DNA of 64,000 bases from Eledone cirrhosa (lineage: Eukaryota). A model generated the notes under the pieces. It was not told where the DNA came from. It saw nothing but the letters and a program-made list of their open reading frames with translations, and did no database searches. A program made the translations under genes and the position numbers. The stretch spans positions 196,664,001-196,728,000 of the forward strand of contig OZ024741.1 in the NCBI GenBank assembly GCA_964016885.1, in the 5' to 3' direction. Each line of letters begins with the position of its first letter. Position 1 is the stretch's first letter. Positions 1-12,099 of this stretch are shown piece after piece.

Positions 1-318
1 TCTATGCTGCAAAGCATGGAGTCTGATGCAACATAAAGGGCCATGACTATGCTGCAAAGCATGGTGTCTAATGCTCTACCGATACTACCAAAAAAATTAG
101 AAGTAGTGCTTATATATATTTTGAATTAGTTTGTACTGAGCACCAGTAAACAATATTTTTTGCCAGGCAGTTGGAATATTCAGGTTATAATAGTTGCAAT
201 TATTAACAGCTAGGTAGATGTATATTCAGCTGGTTCAATTTAGAAGGGTTGCAGAGTGAGGATTTGAGCAAAAATAAAAAAAGGACTTATTCACCAAATT
301 TCAATCAAATTACATATA

Positions 319-502
319 ATGGTTTCTGATTTAGGCACAAGGCCAGCAATTTGGGGGAGAGAAAATCGATTAAATTGACCCCAGTATGTGACTAGTACTT
401 CATTTTATCAACCCCATAAGAATGAAAGGCAAAGCTAACCTCAGTGGGATTTGAACTCAAACTGTAAAGGGCTGTAACTCTATGCCGCAAAGCATAGAGT
501 CT
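319..502 (-). mobile_element. tRNA-derived SINE (cephalopod-type), degenerate copy
   Basis: Reverse complement of the family at 757-930; B-box seen as GGATTTGAACTC; shared body aggcacaaggccagcaat...gaaaggcaaag. Confidence 0.7.
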
Positions 503-524
503 GCCAAAACTGCGAATCCACTAT

Positions 525-716
525 AATTGTTTCTACTTTTGGCACAAGACTAGCAATTACCCCCAGTGCATTACTGGTGCTTTATTTCATCAACCCTGTG
601 AGAATGAAAGCAAAGTTAACATTGGCAGGATTTGAACTCAGAATGTAAAGGGCCATAACTCTATGCGGCAAAGCAAGGTGTCTGACACTCTACCAATACT
701 ATCAATCCACTGCCTT
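525..716 (-). mobile_element. tRNA-derived SINE copy
   Basis: Same body and B-box (ggatttgaactcaga) as neighbouring copies. Confidence 0.75.
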
Positions 717-756
717 AATCAATCGTATAATGCAAGTTTAGCAGGCAAGTATTAAT

Positions 757-930
757 TAGCAGTATCGGTGGAGGGTCGGACATGCTTTCCAGCATAGTTA
801 CGTCCCTTTACGATCTGAGTTCAAATCCGGCCGAGGTTAACTTTGCCTTTCATCCTTACGGGGGTCGATAAAATAAAGTACCAGTACGTACTGGGTAATT
901 GCTGGCCTTGTGCCAAAAACAGAAACAATT
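757..930 (+). mobile_element. tRNA-derived SINE copy
   Basis: A-box-like agtatcggtggag, B-box gagttcaaatcc, body ctttgcctttcatccttacggggtcgataaaataaagtaccag; closely related copies at 23334, 23817, 51287, 51454. Confidence 0.8.
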
Positions 931-1071
931 AATTAGTGATAACATTAACATAGTGTGGTTCAAAATAAAGTGTATACAGACCTATATACAATATGTATAA
1001 TATACATACATACAGTCATGCTGTGGGCATTGTAAGCTGTGATCGTATAGCTTAGTACCCATGTAAAATCA

Positions 1072-1112
1072 CTGTACATGTATTTCAGGATTTTTCAATC
1101 CATCATCAGCAG
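1072..1112 (-). ncRNA. Minimal type I hammerhead-like motif (U/U at 10.1/11.1)
   Basis: Minus strand: ctg CTGATGA t GGATT gaaa AATCC t GAAA tacatg TA cag. Confidence 0.55.
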
Positions 1113-1545
1113 ATGCTTACCTACTACGAGACACTGAGCTGGATGAAGACAATGTTTTATAGATTTTATAAATATCTCTTTCACTCATATATATATTAAT
1201 TCAAGTATCATCATCATCATCATTTTACGTCCGCTTTTCCCTGCTTGCAAGGGTGGTTAATTACCAACACTTCAGTATGCAGGGTAGAGCATTCAACGAA
1301 GTGCACAGTTGGGTCTGTTTACTCCAGAGTATATTTATAAACAAGAAGTGTAAATCAACAGGTTAAAATTAACTTTGTTTATTCATAGTTGCTGTTATAT
1401 ATATATTTCAGAGAAATCAAAAATAACATAGCGGTGGAATAAAGCTTCTGTATTTCGATTTTTTTATATGCTCGGTGCTGAAATTTGGTGTTGTTTTCTC
1501 AAGGCATATATATATATATATATATTGTATATATTGTTTATATTT

Positions 1546-1885
1546 GGAGGCACATGGCTTAGTGGTTAGAGCATTGGCCTTGCAATCGAAAGGTTGTGAG
1601 TTCAATTCTCAGACCGGGTGATGTGTTGTTTCCTTGAGCAAGACACTTTATTTCACATTGCTCCAGTTTACTCAGCTGTAGAAATGAGATGATAGGGACT
1701 AGGGTCCATATCATTCCACTGCAAAGTGGTCGTGGAGGTGCCACGGAAAAAAAGCACCCAGCACTCACTGTAAATGAGGTTGGTGTTAGGAAGGGCATCC
1801 AGCTGTAGAAATCAAGCCAGAATCAGTTCCCGTCCCACCCTTGCAAGCAGGGAAAAGTGGACGTAAAATGATGATGATGATGATT
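1546..1885 (+). mobile_element. tRNA-derived CORE-like SINE with RTE-LINE 3' tail
   Basis: A box tggcttagtgg, B box gagttcaattc, CORE-like ccttgagcaagacact; 3' part ggttggtgttaggaagggcatccagctgtagaa and (GAT)n tail shared with RTE at 35040-35201. Confidence 0.75.
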
Positions 1886-2047
1886 TACAAATATATTAGC
1901 AAAAGCACTAACATGGCATAATTCACAATAAGTGTATATGGACATATACAATACAGCTATGTATAAAAAACATACATAGATTCCTACTGTGATTATTTTA
2001 AGATGTAATCATATCACAGTTTCTTCAGTATACATGTAAGAGCATTG

Positions 2048-2084
2048 TATACATATATTTCAGGATTTTATCCATCTTCAGCAG
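2048..2084 (-). ncRNA. Degenerate hammerhead-like motif
   Basis: Minus: CTGAAGA t GGAT aaa ATCC t GAAA tatatg TA; homologous to 1072-1112. Confidence 0.45.
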
Positions 2085-3896
2085 ACACTATGGTACAGGA
2101 GACAGTATCTTCTGATATGGGTTTTGTAAATAAACTATTTATGATGATGGATTATTTACAAACAGTGCAAGTTTGACGAGAGAGTATTGATTAACGATAA
2201 TGCTAACACACTGTGGTTCAGCATACAAGTCTATATGGACCCATATATTATGTTTCATCTTATCATCATCTCTTAATGTTAGTTTTCCATGCTAGGAAGA
2301 GTTAGATGGGTTGTCAAAGACCAAGCCAGTACTTAATCAGAGCCAATGATCTCTCAGATGGTCCAGGACCTCATCTCACATTCTTGCACTCTATAAAGTA
2401 TGTCATACATGCTATCATGGCACCAGCACTAAAGAGGTCATCATGTCCTCGACATAACTGAATAGTCCTCTCTACTTTGTTTAGCAAATTTTCTATTTTA
2501 GGTGCCCTTCTTGTCACAAACTACTTTCCAGTGTGTACTGTGTTCATTTTATCATTTCACCATCACTAGAGTGAATAGTCTTCTCAACCATTTTTGGCAT
2601 GGTTTCTACAACTGGGTGCTCTTCCTATTACTAACTACTTTACAAAATATACTGGGTCCATTTTATTGTGACACTAGCATGTCTGTGTATTCCAGAAGTT
2701 CACTTCACCACTATATAGTTTTGGATTCAATCCAGGGTGTTGAATTAACTATCAAGCAAAAATAAACACATGCTGATGGAATCAAAGAAAGAGGGGCATG
2801 ATTTTATTCAAATTAATTGTAATTGTCATTCACCCACTAAAAAATTTTTTTACTGACTTTATATATGGTATAGTGTGTGTGTGTGTGTGGGGGGGGGGGG
2901 GCACTCTTTTAAATGCTTAGGCCTCCGAAAGGACTTAATCTGACATTTGTTTGAACCCTTCTTAAATGGTTTCTACCATAGCTTCGGGTTGATCAAAGTC
3001 TTTTTAAGGAAATATGGTGAAGGGAAATTGTGTAATTCCATGAGAGGGATTGTTCCTGTTGTTAGGTATGATGGTGTAGCTAGAGTGTGTGCAGCCCTTC
3101 AGTTTGCCGACTCTCCCTCCTCTTCAACTTATAGAAATATGTACAACAAACACAAAAGTGCCAATATCATAAAAATTTTGACTGAGTTAGATCACCATCC
3201 TCTTCAGCTACGCTACTGGTAAGGTAACATGTAAACTTAATCCATCACCCAATATGACATCAACAGATGATTTTTAGCAGAGTACATTTTGTTGCAATCA
3301 TTCAGGTCCAGTTTTGGTCTGAGGATATCTTTTTCCCATCAGTCTTGGAGGCCCTTATATAAAAGGTCATTGGTATTAGCCTAGGAAGGTAAAGTTGACA
3401 CTGCTGCGGAGCTCAGTCAGGGAATCATAAGATTCGAATAACTCCTTCCCCCCCCCCCCCCCCATATGGATCATTGAGCAACAATAGATTGCTATTCCAT
3501 ACGGTTGCAATTTTCGTCACGGGCCGGCAATTTTTGATTTTGAACCTATTATTAAAATCATTATTGTGTTTCTGTCGCTATGAAGGACTCTCATGAAGAT
3601 GAAAATACACACAAATATTGCAAGACCAAGACCCAGGCACTGACAGCACTTCAATGTATGACAAAGCAGCATTGGTGACCAAAAGAATTTGCCCATAAAA
3701 CACCTGAGTAAATAAACTGTACAAGTGACTGTATTTCATTGTTGCAAATGCACAATACTCTGATTGCCACAGGGAGAGGCTCACCATCTGTATGTGGCTC
3801 CAATGCACACACTCACATATATAAATATAGATAGAGAAAGATTTATATATAAATAAATATACACACATATATACATATACATATATATATATATAT

Positions 3897-4171
3897 ATAC
3901 TGTAAATGTGGTTGGTGTTAGGAAGGGCATCCAGCTGTAGAAAACCTGCCAGACAGTCCACGCTGTAATGTGGCCGTGTAGGCAACACGGTAAAAACCTC
4001 CCAGCACCACACTGTAAATGTGGTTGGTGTTAGGAAGGGCATCCAACTGTAGAAAACCCGCCAGACAGTCCTATGCGAGCAAGACAACCACTCTTGCCTC
4101 AAGTGGGAAAACTCCCGTCCAAACCCATGCAAGCATGGAACACGGACGTTAAACGATGATGATGATGATGA

Positions 4172-4175
<4 letters not shown>
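3897..4175 (+). mobile_element. RTE LINE 3' UTR fragment with internal duplication
   Basis: Near-identical to 34981-35201; (GAT)n tail; flanked by (TA)n. Confidence 0.85.
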
Positions 4176-4231
<56 letters not shown>

Positions 4232-4476
4232 AAATAGGGAGAAAAAGACGATTATTAGGAAGAAAAATCTTTTTTTTTCCTTTATTTCTCTCTCTTTTTT
4301 CTGGGTTAGAAAATGTTTAAAACAAAATATTTTACTTTGTGTGAAGTGTTAAGGTATTAGTTAATTTATTTGTTAATTAACAATGGCATTTATTTATTTA
4401 TTTATATATTTAATAATTGTCTATTACCGGTTTCAGCATTTATATATTTATATATATATATGTATGTGTGTGTGCA

Positions 4477-4516
<40 letters not shown>

Positions 4517-4519
<3 letters not shown>

Positions 4520-4694
4520 CAAAGGAATTGTGGTAAGGAACCAGATGGACCAAAACGCACCAGAGTACTCAATACTTAGGGTAGTAGAGTGGGAAATAGG
4601 AAAAAGTATGATCCCGACGGCAGAGCTATAATCTGGACCAGAAATAGCCGTCGAAACGGCTTGAGCTCTGCCGTCGGGGTCATACTTTTCCCTA
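4517..4694. mobile_element. Fold-back element in (TA)n, family also at 46066 and 63014
   Basis: Shared sequence aaggaaccagatggacc...gtagtagagtgg with an internal inverted duplication. Confidence 0.7.
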
Positions 4695-5092
4695 TATATA
4701 TATATATATATATATATGCATACATATTAGGTATAAAACGAAGTTAGTGGTTAGAGCATTGGGCTTGCAATCGAGAGGTTGTGAGTTTGATTCTTGGACC
4801 ATGTGATGCGTTGTGTTCTTGAGCAAGACACTTTATTTCATTCTGTCCAGTTTACTCAGCTCTAGAAATGAGTTGCACTATCAGCAGGTGCCAGGCCGTA
4901 TCAGCCATTACAGAGTGAGATTTGGCAATGAGTACAGTGATGAATTTGAAGTGCAGAGGGGGGATCCACCAGGCATCAGTTCAGTCCTCAGTCACAACTA
5001 TTTATCACTGTCCAAGCCATCATTGAGGAGTTTAAAACTGGAACTCCAGAGGAGCTCCTATATGCTGATGATCTAGTCCTCATAGCTGAATT

Positions 5093-5291
5093 NNNNNNNN
5101 NNNNNNNNNNNNNNNNNNNNNNNNNNNNNNNNNNNNNNNNNNNNNNNNNNNNNNNNNNNNNNNNNNNNNNNNNNNNNNNNNNNNNNNNNNNNNNNNNNNN
5201 NNNNNNNNNNNNNNNNNNNNNNNNNNNNNNNNNNNNNNNNNNNNNNNNNNNNNNNNNNNNNNNNNNNNNNNNNNNNNNNNNNNNNNNNNNN
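5093..5291. other. Assembly gap
   Basis: Run of N. Confidence 1.
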
Positions 5292-5537
5292 NGTGATTAA
5301 ACATGTTTTTAATGAAAGTGGATTGATTTTCTTTAAATACTTTTGAATGTACATGCTCTGCTTATTTCCTAAATGCATCACTAACTTTTTTCCATGCTTT
5401 AACCAAACTCTTCTCTTAACATTTGTTTTGCATATAAACATTGAGCAAATACCACGTTCTGTGGCTGGTAATTACCACCTATATGTCTGTCTCTACTCTC
5501 CTTTGAGATTTGATTGTATAGTTCCTCTTTGATATAT

Positions 5538-5592
5538 ATATATATATAAGTATGTATACGTACATACATATATGTATACAGACGTACAGTAG

Positions 5593-5653
<61 letters not shown>

Positions 5654-6174
5654 GTACAGTAGTATATATATATATATATATATATACTACTTGTCAAGGG
5701 CGGTGCCCCAGCATGGCCTCAGCCGGATGGCTGAAACAGGTAAAAGAGTAAATATATATATACATACATGCACACATATATATATGTATGTATGGATTCA
5801 CCGAACATTTATTATAATGCTCGGTGTGTTTGTAAACAAACATCCCGAATTAAGCCGTACAGTGTCTAGCAACCATCGTTGCTCATTTGTTCAACCCTGA
5901 CAAAGGAACGCTATACTAGTTTCAAGCTTATTAGCTATCGTCAGCAACGTATACCTTCCTGCCAGATGGTTGAACGTCTGAAAGTATATACTTTCCTTAT
6001 GCATATTAACGGCTGAGCAGCCTAATTTGCATATCGAGTGAGTTAATCGGCCGGGGTACCGAAAACGATAAACGGAAAAAATGAAACGAAATTTCATTTC
6101 TCACTCTTAGTACGGCTGTTACTTAAATATAAGTATGTACACGTACATACATATATGTATACAGACGTACAGTA

Positions 6175-6215
<41 letters not shown>

Positions 6216-6510
6216 CATGCACACATATATATATATGTACGTATGGATTCACCGAACATTTATTATAATGCTCCGTGTGTTTGTAAACAAACATCCCGAA
6301 TTAAGCTGTACAGTGTCTAGCAACCATCGTTGCTCATTTGTTCAACACTGACAAAGGAACGCTGTACCAGTTTCAAGCTTAGCTATCGTCAGCAACGTAT
6401 ACCTACCTGCCAGATGGTTGAACGGGATAATTCGGGATGTTTGTATACAAACACACCGAGCATTATAATAAATGTTCGGTGAATCCATACGTACATATAT
6501 ATATGTGTGC

Positions 6511-6597
<87 letters not shown>

Positions 6598-7137
6598 CTA
6601 CTGTACGTCTGTATACATATATGTATGTACGTATACATACTTATATTTAAGTAACAGCCGTACTAAGAGTGAGAAATGAAATTTCGTTTCATTTTTTCCA
6701 TTTATCATTTTCGGTATCCCGGTCGATTAACTCACTCGATATGCAAATTAGGCTGCTCAGCCGTTAATATGCATAAGGAAAGTATATACTTTCAGACGTT
6801 CAACCATCTGGCAGGAAGGTATACGTTGCTGACGATAGCTAATAAGCTTGAAACTAGTACAGCGTTCCTTTGTCAGTGTTGAACAAATGAGGCAACGATG
6901 GTTGCTAGACACTGTACGGCTTAATTCGGGATGTTTGTTTACAAACACACCGAGCATTATAATAAATGTTCGGTGAATCCATACGTACATATATATATAT
7001 GTGTGCATGTATGTATATATATATATATATACATACTACTGTACGTCTGTATACATATATGTATGTACGTATACATACTTATATTTAAGTAACAGCCGTA
7101 CTAAGAGTGAGAAACGAAATTTCGTTTCATTTTTTCC

Positions 7138-7141
<4 letters not shown>
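5538..7141. mobile_element. Retrozyme-like fold-back tandem array of ~450-bp HHR-containing monomers
   Basis: Two head-to-tail monomers, inversion near 6425, then inverted monomers; HHR motifs at 5909-5949(-), 6360-6397(-), 6824-6864(+); no credible ORF. Confidence 0.8.
6824..6864 (+). ncRNA. Minimal type I hammerhead ribozyme
   Basis: CGTTG CTGACGA t AGCT aata AGCT t GAAA CTAG TA CAGCG: stem I CGUUG/CAGCG, palindromic stem III ACUAGU, GUA cleavage triplet. Confidence 0.75.
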
Positions 7142-7178
<37 letters not shown>

Positions 7179-7181
<3 letters not shown>

Positions 7182-8393
7182 GAGGGGAGGCTGAAAAGTT
7201 CATAGGTTGACTATGAAGGTGATGCTAGAGCTGTGACATCTTGCATGCATTAAGTTCATCTCTTATTAATAACTGCATTGTTTCTTTCCAAGTAAACTGA
7301 CATCTGACTGTTCAAAGAAGACTTTGAAAGTAAGTAGTAGTGACTTCTCTTGAAAATGGACAAAATTTGACATCGCAGTGTTATCAAGTACACACAGAAA
7401 AAGGGTTTAGCCAGCAAATACATTCATGGTGACATGGTTGTTACATTAGGGGATGACACTCCAGCTTTATCAAACAGTGCAAAATAGGGCAGCTGAATTT
7501 AGGAGGAGAAGGGAGAGTCTTGAAGATGACCCAAGGTCTGGACGTCCTGCAACTTCCACCACCAAGGAAAACATTGATCCTGTTCACCACATGGTGATGT
7601 AAGACAGGCAATTAACTATAAATCAAATAGACAATGCTATTAGGATATCCCATGAGAGAGTTGAGAATATTCTGCACCTTGAAATTGGTATAGCGAAGGC
7701 TTCTGCTTGGTGGGGTCACGTCTTCTGACACCTGATCAAAAGTGCACCCTGGCTGATCACATCATGGGAAAATCTTACATTGAGTGAGGCAGATCTAACT
7801 GGTTTCCTTGAATGTTTCTTAACCCAGGATGAGTGTTGGGTTCATTCAAAGACAATCCATGCAGTAGAAACACCCTTGCTCACCTGTTCCAAAGAAGGCC
7901 AAGGTCATTTCATCTGCAGGTAAGATGATGGCTCAGTTTTGGGGGATAAAAAATGCATTGTGTTTATTGACTACCATCAAAAGAGCCACACTATAAATGG
8001 AGAGTACTGTGCCAATTTTCCAAGTTAGTTATGAAAGCCTATCAAGACAAAAAACGCAGAAAAACTGCCGAAAGGAGTCTTGTTTAATTAAGACGATGCT
8101 CCAGCACACAAGTCCTTGGTTTCAATGGCTGCTGTCATGAGTGTGGCTTTGAACTGGTTGATCACCCTCTCTATTCTCCTGATTGGCTCCATCTGACATC
8201 TGACATCTGTTCCCCAACATAAAAATACACTTGGCTGGGAACCAGTATCGCAGTGATGATGGTGAAAGCATCTTCACTAATGGGGTTCAAGCACTGCAAA
8301 ACCGATGGAAGAAGTGTGTGGGCCGCAAGGAGGACTATGTTTAAAAATGAACCTAATTTGGTCACATTCGATGAAAGCATCTTGGTTAGCCTT

Positions 8394-8396
<3 letters not shown>
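7179..8396 (+). mobile_element. Mariner transposon fossil (disrupted transposase)
   Basis: Left end cgaggggaggctgaaaagtt; frameshifted transposase with remnants of TQDECWVH, DDAPAH and YSPDLAPSD motifs; right TIR truncated at (TA)n. Confidence 0.8.
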
Positions 8397-8428
<32 letters not shown>

Positions 8429-8902
8429 GATATTAATAAATGGAAACTATATTTATAAAACCATATTTATTTCATTATACATATTTCAGGGATACCAAAT
8501 TAAATTATAGTATGTCTTCATCAGACAAAATACAATATATAACAGTTTTACAAATAAGCTTTGACGTACCCTATTAAAATGCAACCATTGTTTTTGGAAG
8601 TCATCCGGATAGTGATTTGTTTATATTACTTTAATAAGTCATAGTGTTAAGGACAATTAGAAAAAGACGGAGAGAAAGAAAAAACGTGGAGAAATATCGG
8701 AGAGAGAGAGATGCATGGAGAAAAAGTAAAGACAGGAGGAAAGGAAGAAAGAAGAAAAAAGGAAGAAATAAGAAAAATAGAGGAAAGCAACAGAGCGATA
8801 TTAAGTCAACAGACAGATAGAAAAACTCATACTTGTCGAGTGCTTTATATCAGTTATAAAAATATTTACTTGTTGTATCCCAACAATTTAAAATAGAACT
8901 TT

Positions 8903-8941
8903 TGCATAGATAAGAAATCTCGCAAAACAAATTCAAAAACG

Positions 8942-8979
<38 letters not shown>

Positions 8980-9720
8980 CGTTTTTGAATTTGTTTTGCG
9001 AGATTTCTTATCTGGAAACGTGTGTTGAAACAGATATCGTTATACTTTAAGAGGGTCATGTTGCCAATAAAAACACATGCACCTGTTGGTTTTCACTTCA
9101 ATTTATTATAAATTTACTGTTGGTTGGTTGGATCGGTAACTGGAAGGTTGTTTATATATTGTCAAAGCTCTTTCGTCACATATTCTGTGACCTCCTCAGT
9201 GACTAGGTTTTTATTTTGTGTGTCTCTCCTTTGTTCTGTCCTACACCATCTTGTTTTTGTGTGTTTTGTGTTGTGTGCTTAGTTTGTGCATGCGTTACAT
9301 CTGGGTGCGTGTCTTTTTAATTATTTATTTATGTGTTTATTTATTTGTCACTAGTTGGTTGTTTGTTCTATCTGTGTGTGTCTGATTTGTTTTGTTAGTT
9401 TGGTTTTTTGTGTGTGTCTTTATGTCTTCATTTTGTCCTTAATTAATAGTTGTGATGTTACTATTCCACTCATGTTTTCTGTTTAATTTTGTTTGGAATT
9501 CGTTTATATGTGTTGTCTCTGTGATTTTCCTGAGCAATGCATCTTTTCTGTGTGTGGATATCATTTTTATCTCTATGAAAAAATCTGTGTTGAATTAGCT
9601 ACCAGTCATCTTGTGTCTGCTTGTCATTGGATTCTGGCTGTTGAGCAGCATGTGTGTGTAACACAAGCACATGCTGCATTGATCTCCTTGTGCAGATATA
9701 TCTTCAAAGTGGAGAAGCAG
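8903..9720 (-). mobile_element. Diverged PLE 3' end / pseudo-LTR related to 42474-43264
   Basis: 8978-9560 aligns by eye with 42474-43045; HHR at 9161-9203; short palindrome 8908-9012 centred on (TA)n. Confidence 0.75.
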
Positions 9721-9999
9721 TGTTATATACAGACTTAACAAGTTGGAGGTTGCTAATCTACATGCAAGCGGCTAAAGGCTTATCTAACATCATTGCCAGT
9801 TTTCAGAGTAGCAACTGGTTTGGGTGTATTTTTTTTGTGATTGAGCGGCCCTTTCAAGGTAGAATACTGCTCATCCAAATCTTGGGAGAGGTCTAGAAAA
9901 GGTCTGCTCCATCAACAAGCTGATGGCTGTTCATACCAGCAGAGGAAAAAAAGAAGAAAAATAGTAATTTTCAGAAAAAGTTTTGAAAGAATAGAATTA

Positions 10000-10350
10000 T
10001 TTGAATGTAGCTACATGGAATATTAGAACACTTCTTGACAGGAAATCATCCACAAATTTAGAACACAACAGCTGTTGTTGACAGAGAATTGGGTAGATAT
10101 AATATTGATATAACTGCACTCTCTGAAACTCGTCTTGGTGGTGAAGCTCATCTATCAGAGAGGAGTCTTGGCTATACGTTCTTCTGGAAAGGGAAACCAA
10201 ATGGGAAAAGGAATGGAGGAGTAGGTTTCACTGTCTGGACAGAAGTCACAAAGCAGCTGGAGCAGCCACAAGGCATTAGTCATCGAATTACACATCTGAG
10301 AGTTCCTCTTTCAAGGGGAGATTTTGTGACTGTCATTTCAGTGTATACCC
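10000..10350 (+). pseudogene. LINE AP-endonuclease fragment
   Basis: YNIDITALSETR...YTFFWKG...GVGF...TVISVY motifs. Confidence 0.75.
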
Positions 10351-11651
10351 CGGAGGATAGCAAAGGCAAATGTGCTCAAAGAATCAGTCCAATTGTAGGT
10401 TTCATCCTTGTTACAGGCCAACTCTGTTTCTTCTTCTTCTTTTGTATGAGGCAGCAAGCATGTGATATCCCCCTGGTGCTGAAACCAGCTCACGGTAGTG
10501 GGATTAGCGGATGTGAGGTCCATGCTCTCAGGTGGGTGGGGATCCAGGCACTCACTCAGTATGTGTTCTGCAGTCTGCTCTAGCGAGCCACACTGGTAAG
10601 TTACTGATGGCCGCAGCACACATTGGTACATGGCTGAGTTGAATTGGCTGACACCTGCGCATAGACAATTCAGTTACACACACTCCTTCCAAGTGAGATT
10701 AGCACCTAGGGGAAAGGGTCGTATTGGGGTTGACATTCAGTTGAGCAGGTCAAGATGTTTGTTGCCAGGAAGCTGTCCATGTCTGAAGCAAATTGAAATT
10801 TGGGTTTCGGAGCTTTGATGCATGATAAGAGAAAGGCTGGCATGACATCAAGTGGCATTGCTCTAGTAACTGAGAATTCTCGGCCATGTCATAGAGCAAA
10901 CTCTGTTCCGATATCTTGTCTTAAAATTAATTTGCTGTACCTCCAATGAAAAATTTTGTTTGAGAACCACCATTCATCACTTCTATCTTGGCAAAATTAC
11001 TAAATAGCTAACAAGTTGTAACTGTTTGTGTAAAGCAAGATGTCAGCTACGAAATTTTCAAAATGAAAGATCAGCCATAGAAATGCAATGTGCAACAAAA
11101 TGTTTCTAACCTTCTCACATATTATATTTTTCATTTTCTTTTCATGTTTAGTGTTCTTTCTTATCTGCTGTCCCACCTCCTTTTCTTTGTTGTGAGAGAG
11201 AGAGAGAGGGGGGGGGGGGGGGTTAGCAGAGCATTGCTAACTGTTTATTTTATTTTTATGTTTGTGAATGGAGAAAGAGCTTTGAAGGTTAGCAATGTTT
11301 TCCTTTCCTTTTTCTCTATATTCTGTTACTCACTATCTCATTTTTTTTTATAGTTGTATCTTCTCTTTCTCACTTTGTTATTTTCTTTCTTAATATTGTA
11401 GTATCTGAATGACGCATTATGAATGGTTTTAGCTTGGAACTGTTGCAGTGAAACATGATTGAGTTATATTGTTATTTAGTTAGTTATTTTTATTTTTATA
11501 CCATTACTGTTGTTTTTTTTTTATTTTATCTTTTGACATGCAGCCAATCAAATGTTTTGTTTTTGTTTTTGTTATCTGAATCTTCTCAGCAGTTCCCTGA
11601 TTCTTCAAATTTCATCAGTTTAAATTTCAACTTTAATGCACACACACATGG

Positions 11652-11756
<105 letters not shown>

Positions 11757-12099
11757 GAAGATATTGAGATTGATATAGAAGATAGATAAACAAATATTAT
11801 ATTCCACAAATATACATTTAAACACTTTCACCTATCCAAAGACACACACACCACATACACACATACAACCACACACCGCATACATGCACACCACACACAC
11901 ATGCATGCACACACACACATACATGCACACACACACACATCTGTCTATTTTAGCTATTAGTCAGGAGTTTGTGTGGATATGCATGATTTTGTATTCACAC
12001 ACACACACATTTTTAAATGTTTGTCCCATTTATTTCTTAATTTCTAAAATCTAAACATTGAAAGGCTGGTTTGCTCAGTTCATTAGAGGGTTTTTTTAA

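Noticed and set aside
1546-1620. tRNA gene
   Set aside because: A/B boxes run directly into a SINE body; tRNA-derived head only
5479-7210. Many 60-100 aa ORFs rich in YI/HT/CV repeats here and elsewhere
   Set aside because: Translations of (TA)n, (CA)n and (GA)n microsatellites
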